This document shows, one piece after another, positions 1-10,086 of a stretch of DNA of 64,000 nt (its first letter is position 1; every line of letters begins with the position of its first letter). Source of the stretch: a virus; IMG/VR virus record IMGVR_UViG_3300035698_026135, positions 49,330 through 113,329 of that record. The stretch is one strand, 5' to 3'. Made by a program: the position numbers and the translations under genes. A model generated the notes under the pieces. That model was not told where the DNA came from and did not search any database. It worked only from the letters and a program-made list of their open reading frames with translations.

Positions 1-2
1 CA

Positions 3-137
3 CTCAACGCGAACATCTTTGGGCTATATGAATTTGGTGGAGAAATCGGTATCGGACCTGTTATCGGCGTCGCCACCATCGAAGATAAGTCCAGATTTAA
101 TTTTGGGCTACAATTTCAATGGAGGCCTTGGGACTGA
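3..137 (+). CDS. 3' end of a gene truncated by the window edge; beta-strand-like C-terminus (possible outer-membrane or spanin-like protein)
   Basis: Open frame LNANIFGLYEFGGEIGIGPVIGVATIEDKSRFNFGLQFQWRPWD*. Its TGA overlaps the next ATG (TGATG, 135-139). Not in the ORF track. Confidence 0.55.
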   Translation, partial: LNANIFGLYEFGGEIGIGPVIGVATIEDKSRFNFGLQFQWRPWD

Positions 138-400
138 TGAAAAAAATAGAACTAGAAGAAAGAGAAGAGCGGGTCACGCAAGAGGATCGGGATGCATATA
201 AAATTCCCTTTGCTTGCTATGGGTGCAATTCACTAATGTATAACTGGGACCGTAGATGGTTCTATAAACATGGAGTATGCGCAGATTGCTCTATAGAATA
301 TATAGAGGATAGAGATTTGTCAGAAGATTTATTGAGAGATCGCCCTAAGTTATTGGCGTATGTCAAAGAAAAAATAACCGAAAGAAAGAAAAAAGAATAA
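137..400 (+). CDS. Hypothetical protein with two CxxC pairs (Zn finger)
   Basis: CYGC...CADC. Start moved to ATG 137, coupled to the upstream stop. Confidence 0.7.
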   Translation: MKKIELEEREERVTQEDRDAYKIPFACYGCNSLMYNWDRRWFYKHGVCADCSIEYIEDRDLSEDLLRDRPKLLAYVKEKITERKKKE

Positions 401-425
401 GTATAGGTATAAATGGAGATTTAAT

Positions 426-923
426 ATGTCTAAACCCCACACAATCACAAAGTTTAAAGAGATGCCCAGAGAGTTTGTTTACGAACAGGGCAAGGATTTG
501 TCGTCCGTTCTGCACAATATCGTAGTAGATATTCGAGAAGAGGCCGATCAAGCCATGGTCAATGATTGGAGTATTTCTCCAAGCCAATTAAAGGCCTGCC
601 ACGTAAAAGTTCATGGAACAGGAGATCTTCCGAAGGTTGAACTCAGAGTTTCCGAGATGCACGGTGGATATTTGGGAGATTTAGCTAACCCCCAGGAGCT
701 TTCCAGGCGCGGAACAGAGACTCTGAAATTGCTTGGTAAATTTGAAAAGGATCTCAAGAAGAAATTCAAAGAAAGATCCGGTAAGACTCTCTCCCTATCG
801 AAAGGAAAACCCCATGTAGATTGGCAATTAGTCGCAGCAAACGGCCTTTATCAATTTATTGCAACGAAAGTTTGTGATGTAAAGACGGCGATGCCGGGCC
901 ACACATGGGACAAAGACGAGTAA
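426..923 (+). CDS. Hypothetical phage protein upstream of terminase
   Basis: 165-aa ORF with GGAG SD; no recognisable motif. Confidence 0.7.
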   Translation: MSKPHTITKFKEMPREFVYEQGKDLSSVLHNIVVDIREEADQAMVNDWSISPSQLKACHVKVHGTGDLPKVELRVSEMHGGYLGDLANPQELSRRGTETLKLLGKFEKDLKKKFKERSGKTLSLSKGKPHVDWQLVAANGLYQFIATKVCDVKTAMPGHTWDKDE

Positions 924-938
924 GAGGCTCTTCATCGT

Positions 939-2588
939 TTGTCGAAAGAAATACTAAAAAACGACGCCATCAAAGAAGTTCTTAGATGTTCCAGAGACCC
1001 AGTTTATTTCATAAACAATTATTGTAAAATCAAGCACCCCCATCGCGGCTTGGTCACCTTTAAACTCTACGAATATCAAGAAGAGGCAATCCATAACTTC
1101 TTGACTTATGACAAAAACATTGTCAATAAATCAAGGCAGTTGGGGTATTCTACATTGCTGGGCGCATTTATCGCCTGGCTTATCTTATTTCATAAAGATA
1201 AAGAGGTTTTGGTCGTTGCGACAAAGAAGGACGTCTCAACAAATCTTCTGAAGAAGGTTAAATTGATCTTAAAACACCTTCCCGACTGGATGTATCTTGC
1301 TGATATTACGACCAATCAGGCTCATACCCTCGCTTTGAGCAACGGCTCGTCTATGAAGTCTATACCGCGCTCTGATGACGCCGGACGCTCTGAGTCACTG
1401 GCGCTGCTTGTGATCGACGAAGCGGCTCATATCCGTGATATGGACGAGTTATGGAAAGGTTTGGCCTCGACAGTAGCAACAGGAGGTAAGGCAATTGCTC
1501 TTAGTACGCCCAAGGGCGTTGGTAATTGGTTCTATCACTATTGCAGAGGCGCAAAGTCAAAAGAATTAGCATGGAATTATCAAGAAGTTCCGTGGTGGCA
1601 TAACCCCGATTATGCCCTGGGTCTCGAAGATGATGCCAACGTGCCTGGAGGAAAGACTTCGCCATGGTTCAGGGAAATGACAGAGGGTTGGTCAAACCAG
1701 CAGATCGCTCAAGAGCTTCTGGTCAGCTTCACAGAAACCGGAGATACATATTTTGAGCCATCAACAATAGAACAGTATGACAACGCTTCTATCGAACCAA
1801 TAGAAAGAAAGGGTTTTGACAAAGGTCTTTGGATTTATAAACTCCCAGGGAAAGATGATAAATTTATTTTGTCAGCAGACGTTGCAAGCGGAACCGCAGA
1901 GGACAATAGTTCATTTGTCGTGATGGAAATTAAGGAAATGGAGATCTTTGCCGAATTCAAAGGAAAGATATCCCCAGATGTTTTTGGCGAATATATTGTT
2001 AACGAAATTTGCCCGACCTATAATAGCCCTTTGGTTGTCGTAGAAAATAATAGTATTGGAATGGTAACTGCTTTTACTATGAGAAACTTAGATTATAAAA
2101 ATTTGGCCTACATAGACGAAAAAAGTGGAAAACTTGTAGATAAGTGGTATGCTGAATATAACGACATTCAACCTGGATGGCGAACAACTGCAAAAAATAG
2201 ACCTATAATACTACAAAAATTAGAAGAGTTCCTAAGAAAAGGTCTCATTAAGTCTTATTCTAAGAGAATGGCTAGCGAGATGCTTTCTTTTGTCTGGAAA
2301 AGCGGAAAACCTCAAGCGAGAAAAGGAGAGAACGACGATTTAATTATGGCTTTAGCTATAGCTGTTTGGATGCACGAATCCTATTTTGCCCATACCTCAT
2401 CTGGAAGCGACGTTGCGTCTATGTACGATGCTGTAATAATAAACAGCAATTCGGCATCAGAGAGAATTCCAAATAGTGGAAATAGAGTAGAATTAGAAAA
2501 ACAAAGAATTCGTAAGATTGTAGACAATCAATCTAACTTAAGAGTGGGCAACAGCATAATTAATCTAGATTGGATCTATAAACAATAA
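939..2588 (+). CDS. terL: Terminase large subunit (T4 gp17-like)
   Basis: DPVYFINNY, LYEYQ (Q motif), KSRQLGYST (Walker A), LLVIDEAAH (Walker B), STPKG, nuclease ADVASG and DDLIMALA. Confidence 0.96.
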   Translation: MSKEILKNDAIKEVLRCSRDPVYFINNYCKIKHPHRGLVTFKLYEYQEEAIHNFLTYDKNIVNKSRQLGYSTLLGAFIAWLILFHKDKEVLVVATKKDVSTNLLKKVKLILKHLPDWMYLADITTNQAHTLALSNGSSMKSIPRSDDAGRSESLALLVIDEAAHIRDMDELWKGLASTVATGGKAIALSTPKGVGNWFYHYCRGAKSKELAWNYQEVPWWHNPDYALGLEDDANVPGGKTSPWFREMTEGWSNQQIAQELLVSFTETGDTYFEPSTIEQYDNASIEPIERKGFDKGLWIYKLPGKDDKFILSADVASGTAEDNSSFVVMEIKEMEIFAEFKGKISPDVFGEYIVNEICPTYNSPLVVVENNSIGMVTAFTMRNLDYKNLAYIDEKSGKLVDKWYAEYNDIQPGWRTTAKNRPIILQKLEEFLRKGLIKSYSKRMASEMLSFVWKSGKPQARKGENDDLIMALAIAVWMHESYFAHTSSGSDVASMYDAVIINSNSASERIPNSGNRVELEKQRIRKIVDNQSNLRVGNSIINLDWIYKQ

Positions 2589-2589
2589 T

Positions 2590-4611
2590 ATGCCTGAAAA
2601 TACAAAATCTTTAACTCCTGGACCGAAAGGTCGCAATCCTGTAAAAATGATGCCGGACGGATCTGTCCTAAAGAAGCTGATAAGGCTCTTCAGAACAAAT
2701 TCGGTGATGAAACACCACTTTCAGTCTGATGGATCAGCAAAACCCCAAGGAACCGCAAAGGCATTTTTCAAGAATGCCTACAGTTTCAACCAGAGCGTAA
2801 TCCCCGGATACAGTGGATATGATAGATTTGCTCGCTATTCAGATTATGCAGAGATGGAATCTCATCCGATTCTCGCAAATGCCCTAAATATCGTCGCTGA
2901 CGAGGTAACCCAGAAGAACGAAGACGGAAAAGTCATTCATCTGGTATCTGAGGACCAACAGATAGAGAAGCTCCTTCGCGAGCTGTTTAGCAACATTCTC
3001 AGACTCAACGGCAAACAGGGCTGGAAGCTTGTCCGCAACCTAATCAAATACGGCGATGCCGTCTATCTAATTGATATTACTCCGGAAAATGGTGTTGTTG
3101 GACTTGTCCACATGCCAGCAAATGAAATCGAGAGAGAGGAGGGCTTCGATCGCGATGAACCTTCTGCTGTCAGATTCCGCTGGACAGCCAAGCAGAATAT
3201 CGAAATTCCGAATGCCTACGTGGCACACTTTAGACTAGAAGGGAATGATATGTTTCATCCCTACGGACAGAGCGTCCTAGAGCCTGCTCGCCGCCCATGG
3301 AGGCAGATTGTTCTCCTTGAGGATGCGATGATGGTATATCGAATTACTCGCGCGCCAGAAAGAAGGATTTTTTATCTAGATGTCATGGGAGCACCACCCG
3401 AAGATGTTCCAAACATCATAAACAAGTTCAATGAAACGATTAAGAAAAGTGCCGTAATCGACAACCAAGGAAGAGTAGACCTTCGTTATGGTGGAACCTT
3501 GGCCATGGATGAAGATTATGTCATCCCGGTCAGAGGTGCAGATAGCAGCACGCGAATCGAAACGTTGCCTGGCGGACAAAACCTGGGAGATGTTGAGGAT
3601 ATTGAATTCATTCGAGCTAACCTATTTTCCGCTCTTGGTATCCCCAAAGCATTCTTGACTTTTGATCAAGATATGAAATCAAAACAGGTATTGACACAAG
3701 AGGATATTCGCTTCGCTAGAACTGTAGCCAGAATTCAAGAGGTCGTCATTGACGAACTTATCAAAATTGGAATGATTCACCTATATGTGAAGGGCCTACG
3801 AGGCGAACAGTTGATTAATTTCAAGATTAAAATGACGAATCCCTCGACCGTCGCCGAGCTTCAAAAGATGGAACTCCTTAGGGCGAGAATGGAACTTGTT
3901 ATGAATGCCAAAGATGGCGTATTTGATACGACCTACATCTATAAAGAATTTTTAAATCTCTCCGATGATGCAATCGAGAAGATCAGAAAAGGACAGATTC
4001 AAGATAAGATGTTCCAGGCAAAACTTCTTCAGATAGAGAATGCCCAAGGCATGCAACAAGGCATGCCAGGAATGGATCCAGGTATGGGCGGCGGAATGCC
4101 GATGCCAGGAATGGACCCAGGTATGGGCGGAGCACCACCTCCTATGGGCGGAGCGCCAGGAATGAACCCAGGAGCAGGAATGCCAGTTGAAGGACTTGAG
4201 ATCGACGACGAGGCCGAGGAGCTTGACGAATATAAAGATCTGCACAGAGATTCCTCTGGGAATTTCAGAACAAAGGCAAAACGAGGACTTGAGGGAACAG
4301 ATCTCACAGGAGCAGGCGATCCAGACGATGATCCGTATGACATCGCAGGAATCAGAAGAACCTATGCCTCACCAATGGGATCAAACGAATCGGTAGAACC
4401 GGCCCAGATGACGATGACCGAAGTCTTAAAATTGGTAAAAGAATTTTATAAAGATGAAGATGCGGAGAAGAAGAAAAATTCCAACGTATCTGAATACCCA
4501 CTTGGAATGACGGAAGAGAAATTAAAAGAAATATTTGGCGACGATCAATCGGGCGCTCAGACGAAAGAAATGCTCACAGAAGCCTACCATGAAAGCATCT
4601 GCCGGCTATAA
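2590..4611 (+). CDS. gp20: Portal protein (T4 gp20-like) with low-complexity C-terminal tail
   Basis: RYSDYAEME, LLEDAMMVYRITRAPERRIFYLDV, IETLPGGQNLGDVEDIEF, EDIRFARTVARIQ. Confidence 0.95.
   Translation: MPENTKSLTPGPKGRNPVKMMPDGSVLKKLIRLFRTNSVMKHHFQSDGSAKPQGTAKAFFKNAYSFNQSVIPGYSGYDRFARYSDYAEMESHPILANALNIVADEVTQKNEDGKVIHLVSEDQQIEKLLRELFSNILRLNGKQGWKLVRNLIKYGDAVYLIDITPENGVVGLVHMPANEIEREEGFDRDEPSAVRFRWTAKQNIEIPNAYVAHFRLEGNDMFHPYGQSVLEPARRPWRQIVLLEDAMMVYRITRAPERRIFYLDVMGAPPEDVPNIINKFNETIKKSAVIDNQGRVDLRYGGTLAMDEDYVIPVRGADSSTRIETLPGGQNLGDVEDIEFIRANLFSALGIPKAFLTFDQDMKSKQVLTQEDIRFARTVARIQEVVIDELIKIGMIHLYVKGLRGEQLINFKIKMTNPSTVAELQKMELLRARMELVMNAKDGVFDTTYIYKEFLNLSDDAIEKIRKGQIQDKMFQAKLLQIENAQGMQQGMPGMDPGMGGGMPMPGMDPGMGGAPPPMGGAPGMNPGAGMPVEGLEIDDEAEELDEYKDLHRDSSGNFRTKAKRGLEGTDLTGAGDPDDDPYDIAGIRRTYASPMGSNESVEPAQMTMTEVLKLVKEFYKDEDAEKKKNSNVSEYPLGMTEEKLKEIFGDDQSGAQTKEMLTEAYHESICRL
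4050..4185 (+). repeat. Imperfect coding tandem repeat (MPGMDPGMGG) in the portal tail
   Basis: atgccaggaatgga(t/c)ccaggtatgggcgg occurs twice 39 nt apart, with degenerate copies flanking. Confidence 0.8.
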
Positions 4612-4723
4612 GAGCCGTTGGATTGGGAAGAAACTCTAGAAAGAAACGACGAAAAAGCAAATAAATTATTAGAAGAAGTCTATTTGCCAAATAAATAATA
4701 GTAGAAGCGAGAGAAAAAATAGA

Positions 4724-4957
4724 ATGACGCTTAATAATCCCATGAAAAATAAAATTACTGCTAAAAGGGTAGCTAGGGCAAAAAGAAGGCTGGTTAACCA
4801 ATATTCTTTGGGTGGAGGTTTTATAAACTCCTACAATTCAGCCATTAATATTGAAGAAAGTCTTGGTTTTTTTAGGCAAAATATTTCGGCATGTTGTCGA
4901 GGAGAATCCAAAACATCTCATGGATATGTTTGGAGACATGAAAATGATACGACATAA
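4724..4957 (+). pseudogene. Stand-alone NUMOD1 DNA-binding domain; homing endonuclease remnant
   Basis: VNQYSLGGGFINSYNS...NISACCRGESKTSHGYVWR matches the NUMOD1 repeats of ORF 36588. No nuclease domain. Confidence 0.75.
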
Positions 4958-5792
4958 CAAAAAAAGAAATACATTTATAGTTTACGAACAATTAATTACA
5001 CTAGTCACACAACTGGCTGCTGGCGGAAATAAAACCGAGGCAAATTTTGTTGTTGAAATCATTAAGGAATGTTTTCACCCAAAAACACATTTGGGCCGAG
5101 AATACAAATTAATGAAGTCCGTCTTCGAAACGAGGCTGGGCTCAAAAGAGGATGCTCAGGATTTACTCAAAGAGGTTCTTTCAGAATCTAAGATTATTTC
5201 CCAAGAAAAACTGGAATTTGAGAAGGGCCGGCTTATAAAAAATATAAATAAATCCTTTTCTAAAGATTTTTATAAAATCCCCATTAAAGAATACAAGCAG
5301 GCCGCATCCCTGCAAATCTTGATGAACGAATCCAGAACCAAAGATGTTGATACAACTCCCTCAGAGAGAGTTCAAATCAAGAAGACTTTAATTGAGACCA
5401 TCACCAGAGCGAAACCTGCTCCCGCCCAAGAGGTTGATAGCCTGACGCTATCTTTGATGATCAAAAAGTTTAATGGAAGATACGCAAAAATAATGAATGA
5501 GGACCAACGACACCTTTTGTCTGCTTGGACAAACTTCATTGTCAACAAGGACGAAACTCAAGCTAAAAAGGTCATCGAAGAGAAGGTCGATAAGTTGAAA
5601 ATTTCACTCTCCTCTTTAATGCATTCAAAAAATCATAAAAACAGTGAACTACGAGGCAGTCTAAAAGAAGCCTACGGCAAACTTGTTGAATCTAAGTTTG
5701 AACTAGATGAAAAATCAATTTATGAAGTTATGAGGTATTTTGACCTTACCGAGGACCTTAAAAATTATGACCAAGAAGAAAAAGAAGTTTGA
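4944..5792 (+). CDS. Head-module protein downstream of portal (function unknown)
   Basis: MIRHNKKRNT N-terminus. GGAG at 4932-4935 supports a start at 4944 (or 4938) rather than 4851. Confidence 0.75.
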   Translation: MIRHNKKRNTFIVYEQLITLVTQLAAGGNKTEANFVVEIIKECFHPKTHLGREYKLMKSVFETRLGSKEDAQDLLKEVLSESKIISQEKLEFEKGRLIKNINKSFSKDFYKIPIKEYKQAASLQILMNESRTKDVDTTPSERVQIKKTLIETITRAKPAPAQEVDSLTLSLMIKKFNGRYAKIMNEDQRHLLSAWTNFIVNKDETQAKKVIEEKVDKLKISLSSLMHSKNHKNSELRGSLKEAYGKLVESKFELDEKSIYEVMRYFDLTEDLKNYDQEEKEV

Positions 5793-7986
5793 TGAAGCAT
5801 CGGTCACAGCCGATATAACAGGATACCTCGCTTCTCGAAAAGCTTTTGCTAACGGAGAGGTGTATAATAAAAATAAGAAGAATAAGAAACCGACTCCTTG
5901 GTACCTGAAAACGGTCAAGGAAGTCCGTGCTGGCGTTCGTAAAGCGCTCACCGAACACAGGCTCCTAAGCGAATCTGATTTGAATTCGTTTGATGATCAC
6001 ATTGAAGATCTAGAGAATCAACTCGCCGACGCCGAAGAGAGATATGCCGAAAAGCCAAAAGATGCCGCACGGCGATTCAAAGTCCGCGAACTAGGTAGTC
6101 AAGTTCAACGATCCCACAAAGCGAAAGAGCTTGGCGGAGACGATTGGAGAAGTTATCTCATTGACCCAGAAGGCCAAAAGAAGATTGACGATACCAAAAA
6201 AGAGAAATCTACACGAAACAAAAAACAATCAGTGGTGGACGATTTCGACAAAGATCCCGAAGTAGAAAACTTTGTCTCTGTTGTGACTCCGGGCATCACA
6301 AAGTGGGTAAAGGCCAACAAAAATAAAACTGGTGTTTGGCTTCTGAATAAGTTTCAAAAATATCTCAACCAGACTAATACGAACGCTAAAGAGCTTAAGG
6401 ACATTGAGAGCCTCGTCAAAGATGTCCTGATTGGCAAATATGCCAATAGTCCGAACCTTACTTCTCCGCTTGGAAAACCTGCGGAGAGCGAAGAGGATAA
6501 AATTAAATATGGCACGCTCGCATTTCTAAAGGCAAAAGAAGGAGAGAAAACACCAGCGCAGCCAATGGATTCGCCAGAGATGAAAGTCAAAGGCTCAGGC
6601 AAACGCACCGCACCAGGCGCAGGAATGGTACAAAAGGGAAGCGATAGGTACCGCAAAAGAATCGCTAAAGAGCCAATGCCTGGAGCAATCGGAGACCTTC
6701 AAAAGCTTCACAAAAAGATAGACGTTGCACCAGAATTTAAAGGCAAGGCTGTTGTTCCACCCAAGAGCGGTCGGGGCGGAAGCTTTGATCCAGGAACAGC
6801 AGGAAAAGAACTTCAGCAATCTTATGTTAAGATTGTAGATGAGATTCTGTATGGAAAAAATGGCAAGTTTGACGAACTCGTAAACATCATTGGCCGTCGC
6901 CATGGCATAAACGATATGCCAAAGGTTGTTGCGCACCTTGCAAGCTTCGAAAAAGAAGGCGTTGACATGACAGAGAAGAATGTAGAAATGCAGTTTTCAG
7001 ACAAGGAGATCGAGGCCCTTGGAGAATTGTCTGTCCTTTCCGATCCAACCGAAGTTGCAAAATTACAGAGTCAGGGATTTACTCAATTTGAGGACGCTCT
7101 AGGAAATTACCTAAGAGACCTCTTTGCCGATAGAGGATATGACATTAAAACGTCCGATGAAGACGATGACTTAGATTCAGATTCCGGCGCCGTGACAGAT
7201 GGGATGAGAGCACTTCTTGCCATCGAATTGAAGGTTAAGAGAAACGAGGTGGACCAAGCCGCTTCCGAAATGAGAAAATCGAATCCAGAAAAGTGGAACA
7301 AGGCTGAGACCGCCGCCCTGAGAAGGTTGAGAGATCTTTCTCCGAGCGATTTCACCAAAGAGATTCAGGGCCGAAAGGGCCGAACCGACGATGCAAAAGA
7401 GCTTGAAAAAAGAAAGGCTGCCCTCAAGCCATCAGTAGACAAAAGAAGAGAGGAAGACGAAGCAATAGTTGCCCCTATGGGAAAATCCGATTTCCAAAGA
7501 AGTCTGGATGCACGGGAATATCACCAAAATATGTCTGCAATGGACAGGGTTATTGCGAGGCAAGAGAAAGAGTCGGCCGAGAATGAAGATCAAGGCCTAT
7601 TTAATCAGAGAGAAAACAAAATGAGTAAAAAAGAATCATACCAATTTAGCATCCTTGAGCTTTTCGAAGGCTTCGAGAATTCTTACGATATCGAGACCGA
7701 CGAAAAAGAAGAAGAGTGGGAGAATGGAACCCTTGCGTCCAAGAAAGAATGGGTTAAAGACCTATCCCTAGAGTCCCTCATGAGGACTATTGTTGAATCC
7801 GAGAAGGATAGACACACCAGAACGCGAAGCCCAGAGCCCGCCGATTGGCTTGAAGGAGATGCAGAAGTAGAAGAGGAACTAAAAAACGTCAATGTTCCTG
7901 ATGGTTGGAATAAAGGAAACACTCCAGATTCATGGCTCGCCGTTGGCAAGCATGCCGGAAAGCTTCCTGACAACGAAAGGAAATAA
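5767..7986 (+). CDS. Large charged hypothetical protein, putative internal head protein; possible nested in-frame gene from 7621
   Basis: GAGGA SD before ATG 5767. Cleavage-like motifs ALTE, LLSE, ELFE, TIVE. Lies in the head operon. Confidence 0.7.
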   Translation: MTKKKKKFDEASVTADITGYLASRKAFANGEVYNKNKKNKKPTPWYLKTVKEVRAGVRKALTEHRLLSESDLNSFDDHIEDLENQLADAEERYAEKPKDAARRFKVRELGSQVQRSHKAKELGGDDWRSYLIDPEGQKKIDDTKKEKSTRNKKQSVVDDFDKDPEVENFVSVVTPGITKWVKANKNKTGVWLLNKFQKYLNQTNTNAKELKDIESLVKDVLIGKYANSPNLTSPLGKPAESEEDKIKYGTLAFLKAKEGEKTPAQPMDSPEMKVKGSGKRTAPGAGMVQKGSDRYRKRIAKEPMPGAIGDLQKLHKKIDVAPEFKGKAVVPPKSGRGGSFDPGTAGKELQQSYVKIVDEILYGKNGKFDELVNIIGRRHGINDMPKVVAHLASFEKEGVDMTEKNVEMQFSDKEIEALGELSVLSDPTEVAKLQSQGFTQFEDALGNYLRDLFADRGYDIKTSDEDDDLDSDSGAVTDGMRALLAIELKVKRNEVDQAASEMRKSNPEKWNKAETAALRRLRDLSPSDFTKEIQGRKGRTDDAKELEKRKAALKPSVDKRREEDEAIVAPMGKSDFQRSLDAREYHQNMSAMDRVIARQEKESAENEDQGLFNQRENKMSKKESYQFSILELFEGFENSYDIETDEKEEEWENGTLASKKEWVKDLSLESLMRTIVESEKDRHTRTRSPEPADWLEGDAEVEEELKNVNVPDGWNKGNTPDSWLAVGKHAGKLPDNERK

Positions 7987-7988
7987 AA

Positions 7989-9701
7989 ATGCCAGTCATC
8001 CTCAAAGAGTATTATCAGCTCTCCCCAAATAAAGAGACCCTAACAGAAATGAGACAGTCTCTAAGCGAGGGCAAACCCTTCATCGTAAAGGGTCTCATTC
8101 AACGCGCCGATGCACAGAATCAAAATGGAAGAATTTATCCATTCGAAATTCTCAAAAAGGTCTTGGATGGCTACGACAAAGATTATGTATCGAAAGGTAT
8201 TGCATTGGGTGAACTCGACCATTGTCTAGCTGGAGATACGGAAGTGTTGACGGAAGATGGCTGGAAAATGCTTCCAGATGTAGAGGTCGGAGAGAATGTA
8301 TATTCCTACAAAGAGGGAGAAATCAAACTTGTGCCGGTAACGAAGACTCACAAATTTGCCTATAATGGAAAAATGATTCGCCTAACCAACGGAAAAAAGA
8401 TGGATCTACTAATGACCCCTAATCACAGAATGATTTTGTGGGATAGAGATAATAAAGATTACTATATGACAGCCGAAGATGCAAGAAAGTCATGGAAGAC
8501 AAAAAGCCCTTCCCTCTCTCATTCTAGCATTAAGTCGTCCGGCGAGTGGAATGACGGAAATAGCGAATCATATTTTGAGATTCCCGATACGGATTATAGA
8601 GTTTCGATGAAGGCGTGGGCCGGTTTGATGGGCATATTTTTATCAGATGGACACGTAGAGGGAAGTCGTTCGGGAAACGTTAGAAACAATAGGGTTACTA
8701 TTCACCAGAAAAAGGCCGAAAATATATCAAAAATAGAAGAATTGTTGTCGTCGACCGAACTTCCCTGGACTAAGTTTATTCACGAAAACGGAAAGCATGA
8801 GTGGAGCCTTCACAACAAAGGGGTTCATGCTTACTTTTCTCAGTTTGGCAATTCGGAAACCAAGTTTATTCCAAGGGATCTACTCTTACAAAATAAAGAT
8901 GTTTTGTCGACCTTGTCAGAATGGCTCCTTGTTGGCGATGGACGAAACAGAATTTCAAAAACCTCGAACTCCACAAGAGCTATTAAAGAGTATTCGACTG
9001 TGTCAACAAGATTGGCTGACGATGTTAGCGAATTGTTTTTCAAATTGGGATATAGGCCCTTCATCAAGACGGAGATAGCCAAAGAAGATTTGTTGATTGA
9101 AGGGAGGGTTGTCAAAAAAGAAAATTGCAAACCTCTCTATACTGTTGCTGGCAACACGACTAGCACATCGCTGGATGCTCGATTTATAAACTTCGAAGAA
9201 ATAGAATATGATGATTATGTTTATTGTATTTCGGATGAAAATAAGAACTTTTTAACACGTAGTCCCAATGGATATGTTTGCTGGACAGGCAATACCGAAG
9301 AGCCCGTTATAGCACTAAAGAATGTCTCCCATAGAATCCTTGAGGTTTGGTGGGAAGGTAAAGATGTGCATGGAAAGGTTCAAATTCTGAACACCCCAGC
9401 AGGAAAGATCGCCCAAGAGATGACACTAGCAGGAATACCTCTCGGTATTTCATCGAGAGCCGTTGGATCCGTATCCAAAAACGAGTCTTCTGGTGCCGAT
9501 ATTGTAGAGGATGACCTTCAAATGATTTGTTTCGATCTTGTCGGCACACCATCTACCCACGGCGCCTTCCTTCACGAGAATCAAAAAGTGCTTAATTCAA
9601 AAGCAAAAGAGATTACGGATTTTGATCCAACAAAAGTTTTGCCCGCCAGCGTAAGAGTAAAGCAAACTCTCGAAGACATCCTGGGCAAAGAAGTAAAATA
9701 A
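7989..9701 (+). CDS. gp21: Prohead core protease (T4 gp21-like) containing an intein
   Basis: QRADAQNQNGRIYP, ALGELDH, LKNVSH, LNTPAG, LGISSRAVGS, FDLVGTPST. Extein is 213 aa after removing the intein. Confidence 0.93.
   Translation: MPVILKEYYQLSPNKETLTEMRQSLSEGKPFIVKGLIQRADAQNQNGRIYPFEILKKVLDGYDKDYVSKGIALGELDHCLAGDTEVLTEDGWKMLPDVEVGENVYSYKEGEIKLVPVTKTHKFAYNGKMIRLTNGKKMDLLMTPNHRMILWDRDNKDYYMTAEDARKSWKTKSPSLSHSSIKSSGEWNDGNSESYFEIPDTDYRVSMKAWAGLMGIFLSDGHVEGSRSGNVRNNRVTIHQKKAENISKIEELLSSTELPWTKFIHENGKHEWSLHNKGVHAYFSQFGNSETKFIPRDLLLQNKDVLSTLSEWLLVGDGRNRISKTSNSTRAIKEYSTVSTRLADDVSELFFKLGYRPFIKTEIAKEDLLIEGRVVKKENCKPLYTVAGNTTSTSLDARFINFEEIEYDDYVYCISDENKNFLTRSPNGYVCWTGNTEEPVIALKNVSHRILEVWWEGKDVHGKVQILNTPAGKIAQEMTLAGIPLGISSRAVGSVSKNESSGADIVEDDLQMICFDLVGTPSTHGAFLHENQKVLNSKAKEITDFDPTKVLPASVRVKQTLEDILGKEVK
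8223..9293 (+). mobile_element. Intein (357 aa) with LAGLIDADG homing endonuclease, in the prohead protease
   Basis: Starts CLAGDTEVLTEDGW. Block B TPNHRM. LAGLIDADG-like GLMGIFLSDG and EWLLVGDG. Ends YVYC...CWTGN; +1 residue is Thr. Confidence 0.92.
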
Positions 9702-9733
9702 ATTTTAACAACTAACCCAAAAAGGAAGTATAA

Positions 9734-10084
9734 ATGAATATAAAGAAACTATCTTTGTTAATTGAGCGTATGGTAGCGAAGCAACTCCAGAAACACCTTA
9801 AGCCCATGATCAACGAGGTTCTTGCAGAAAAATACCTCTCTGTGCTTACAGAGCAGAAGGCTCCCGGCCTACAGGATTCTTTTCCAGCATACACACAAGA
9901 AACCAGGCCCACAACCGCACCTCCCGTAGAAGACGGCAGAAAACAACTACAGGAAAGAAGGGAAGCTTTGATAGCGAAGCTTACCGATGGAGACCCAGGA
10001 ATGGCTATGCTTTATGAGGGTACAAGCGCACTCGACGAAGTTGTCGATGATGATGGCGTTGATATCTCTCGGTTTGGATTTTAA
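9734..10084 (+). CDS. Hypothetical head-module protein
   Basis: AAGGA SD; MINE and VLTE cleavage-like motifs. Confidence 0.7.
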   Translation: MNIKKLSLLIERMVAKQLQKHLKPMINEVLAEKYLSVLTEQKAPGLQDSFPAYTQETRPTTAPPVEDGRKQLQERREALIAKLTDGDPGMAMLYEGTSALDEVVDDDGVDISRFGF

Positions 10085-10086
10085 TT

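Noticed and set aside
426-923. Terminase small subunit call
   Set aside because: Supported by position only; no recognisable motif.
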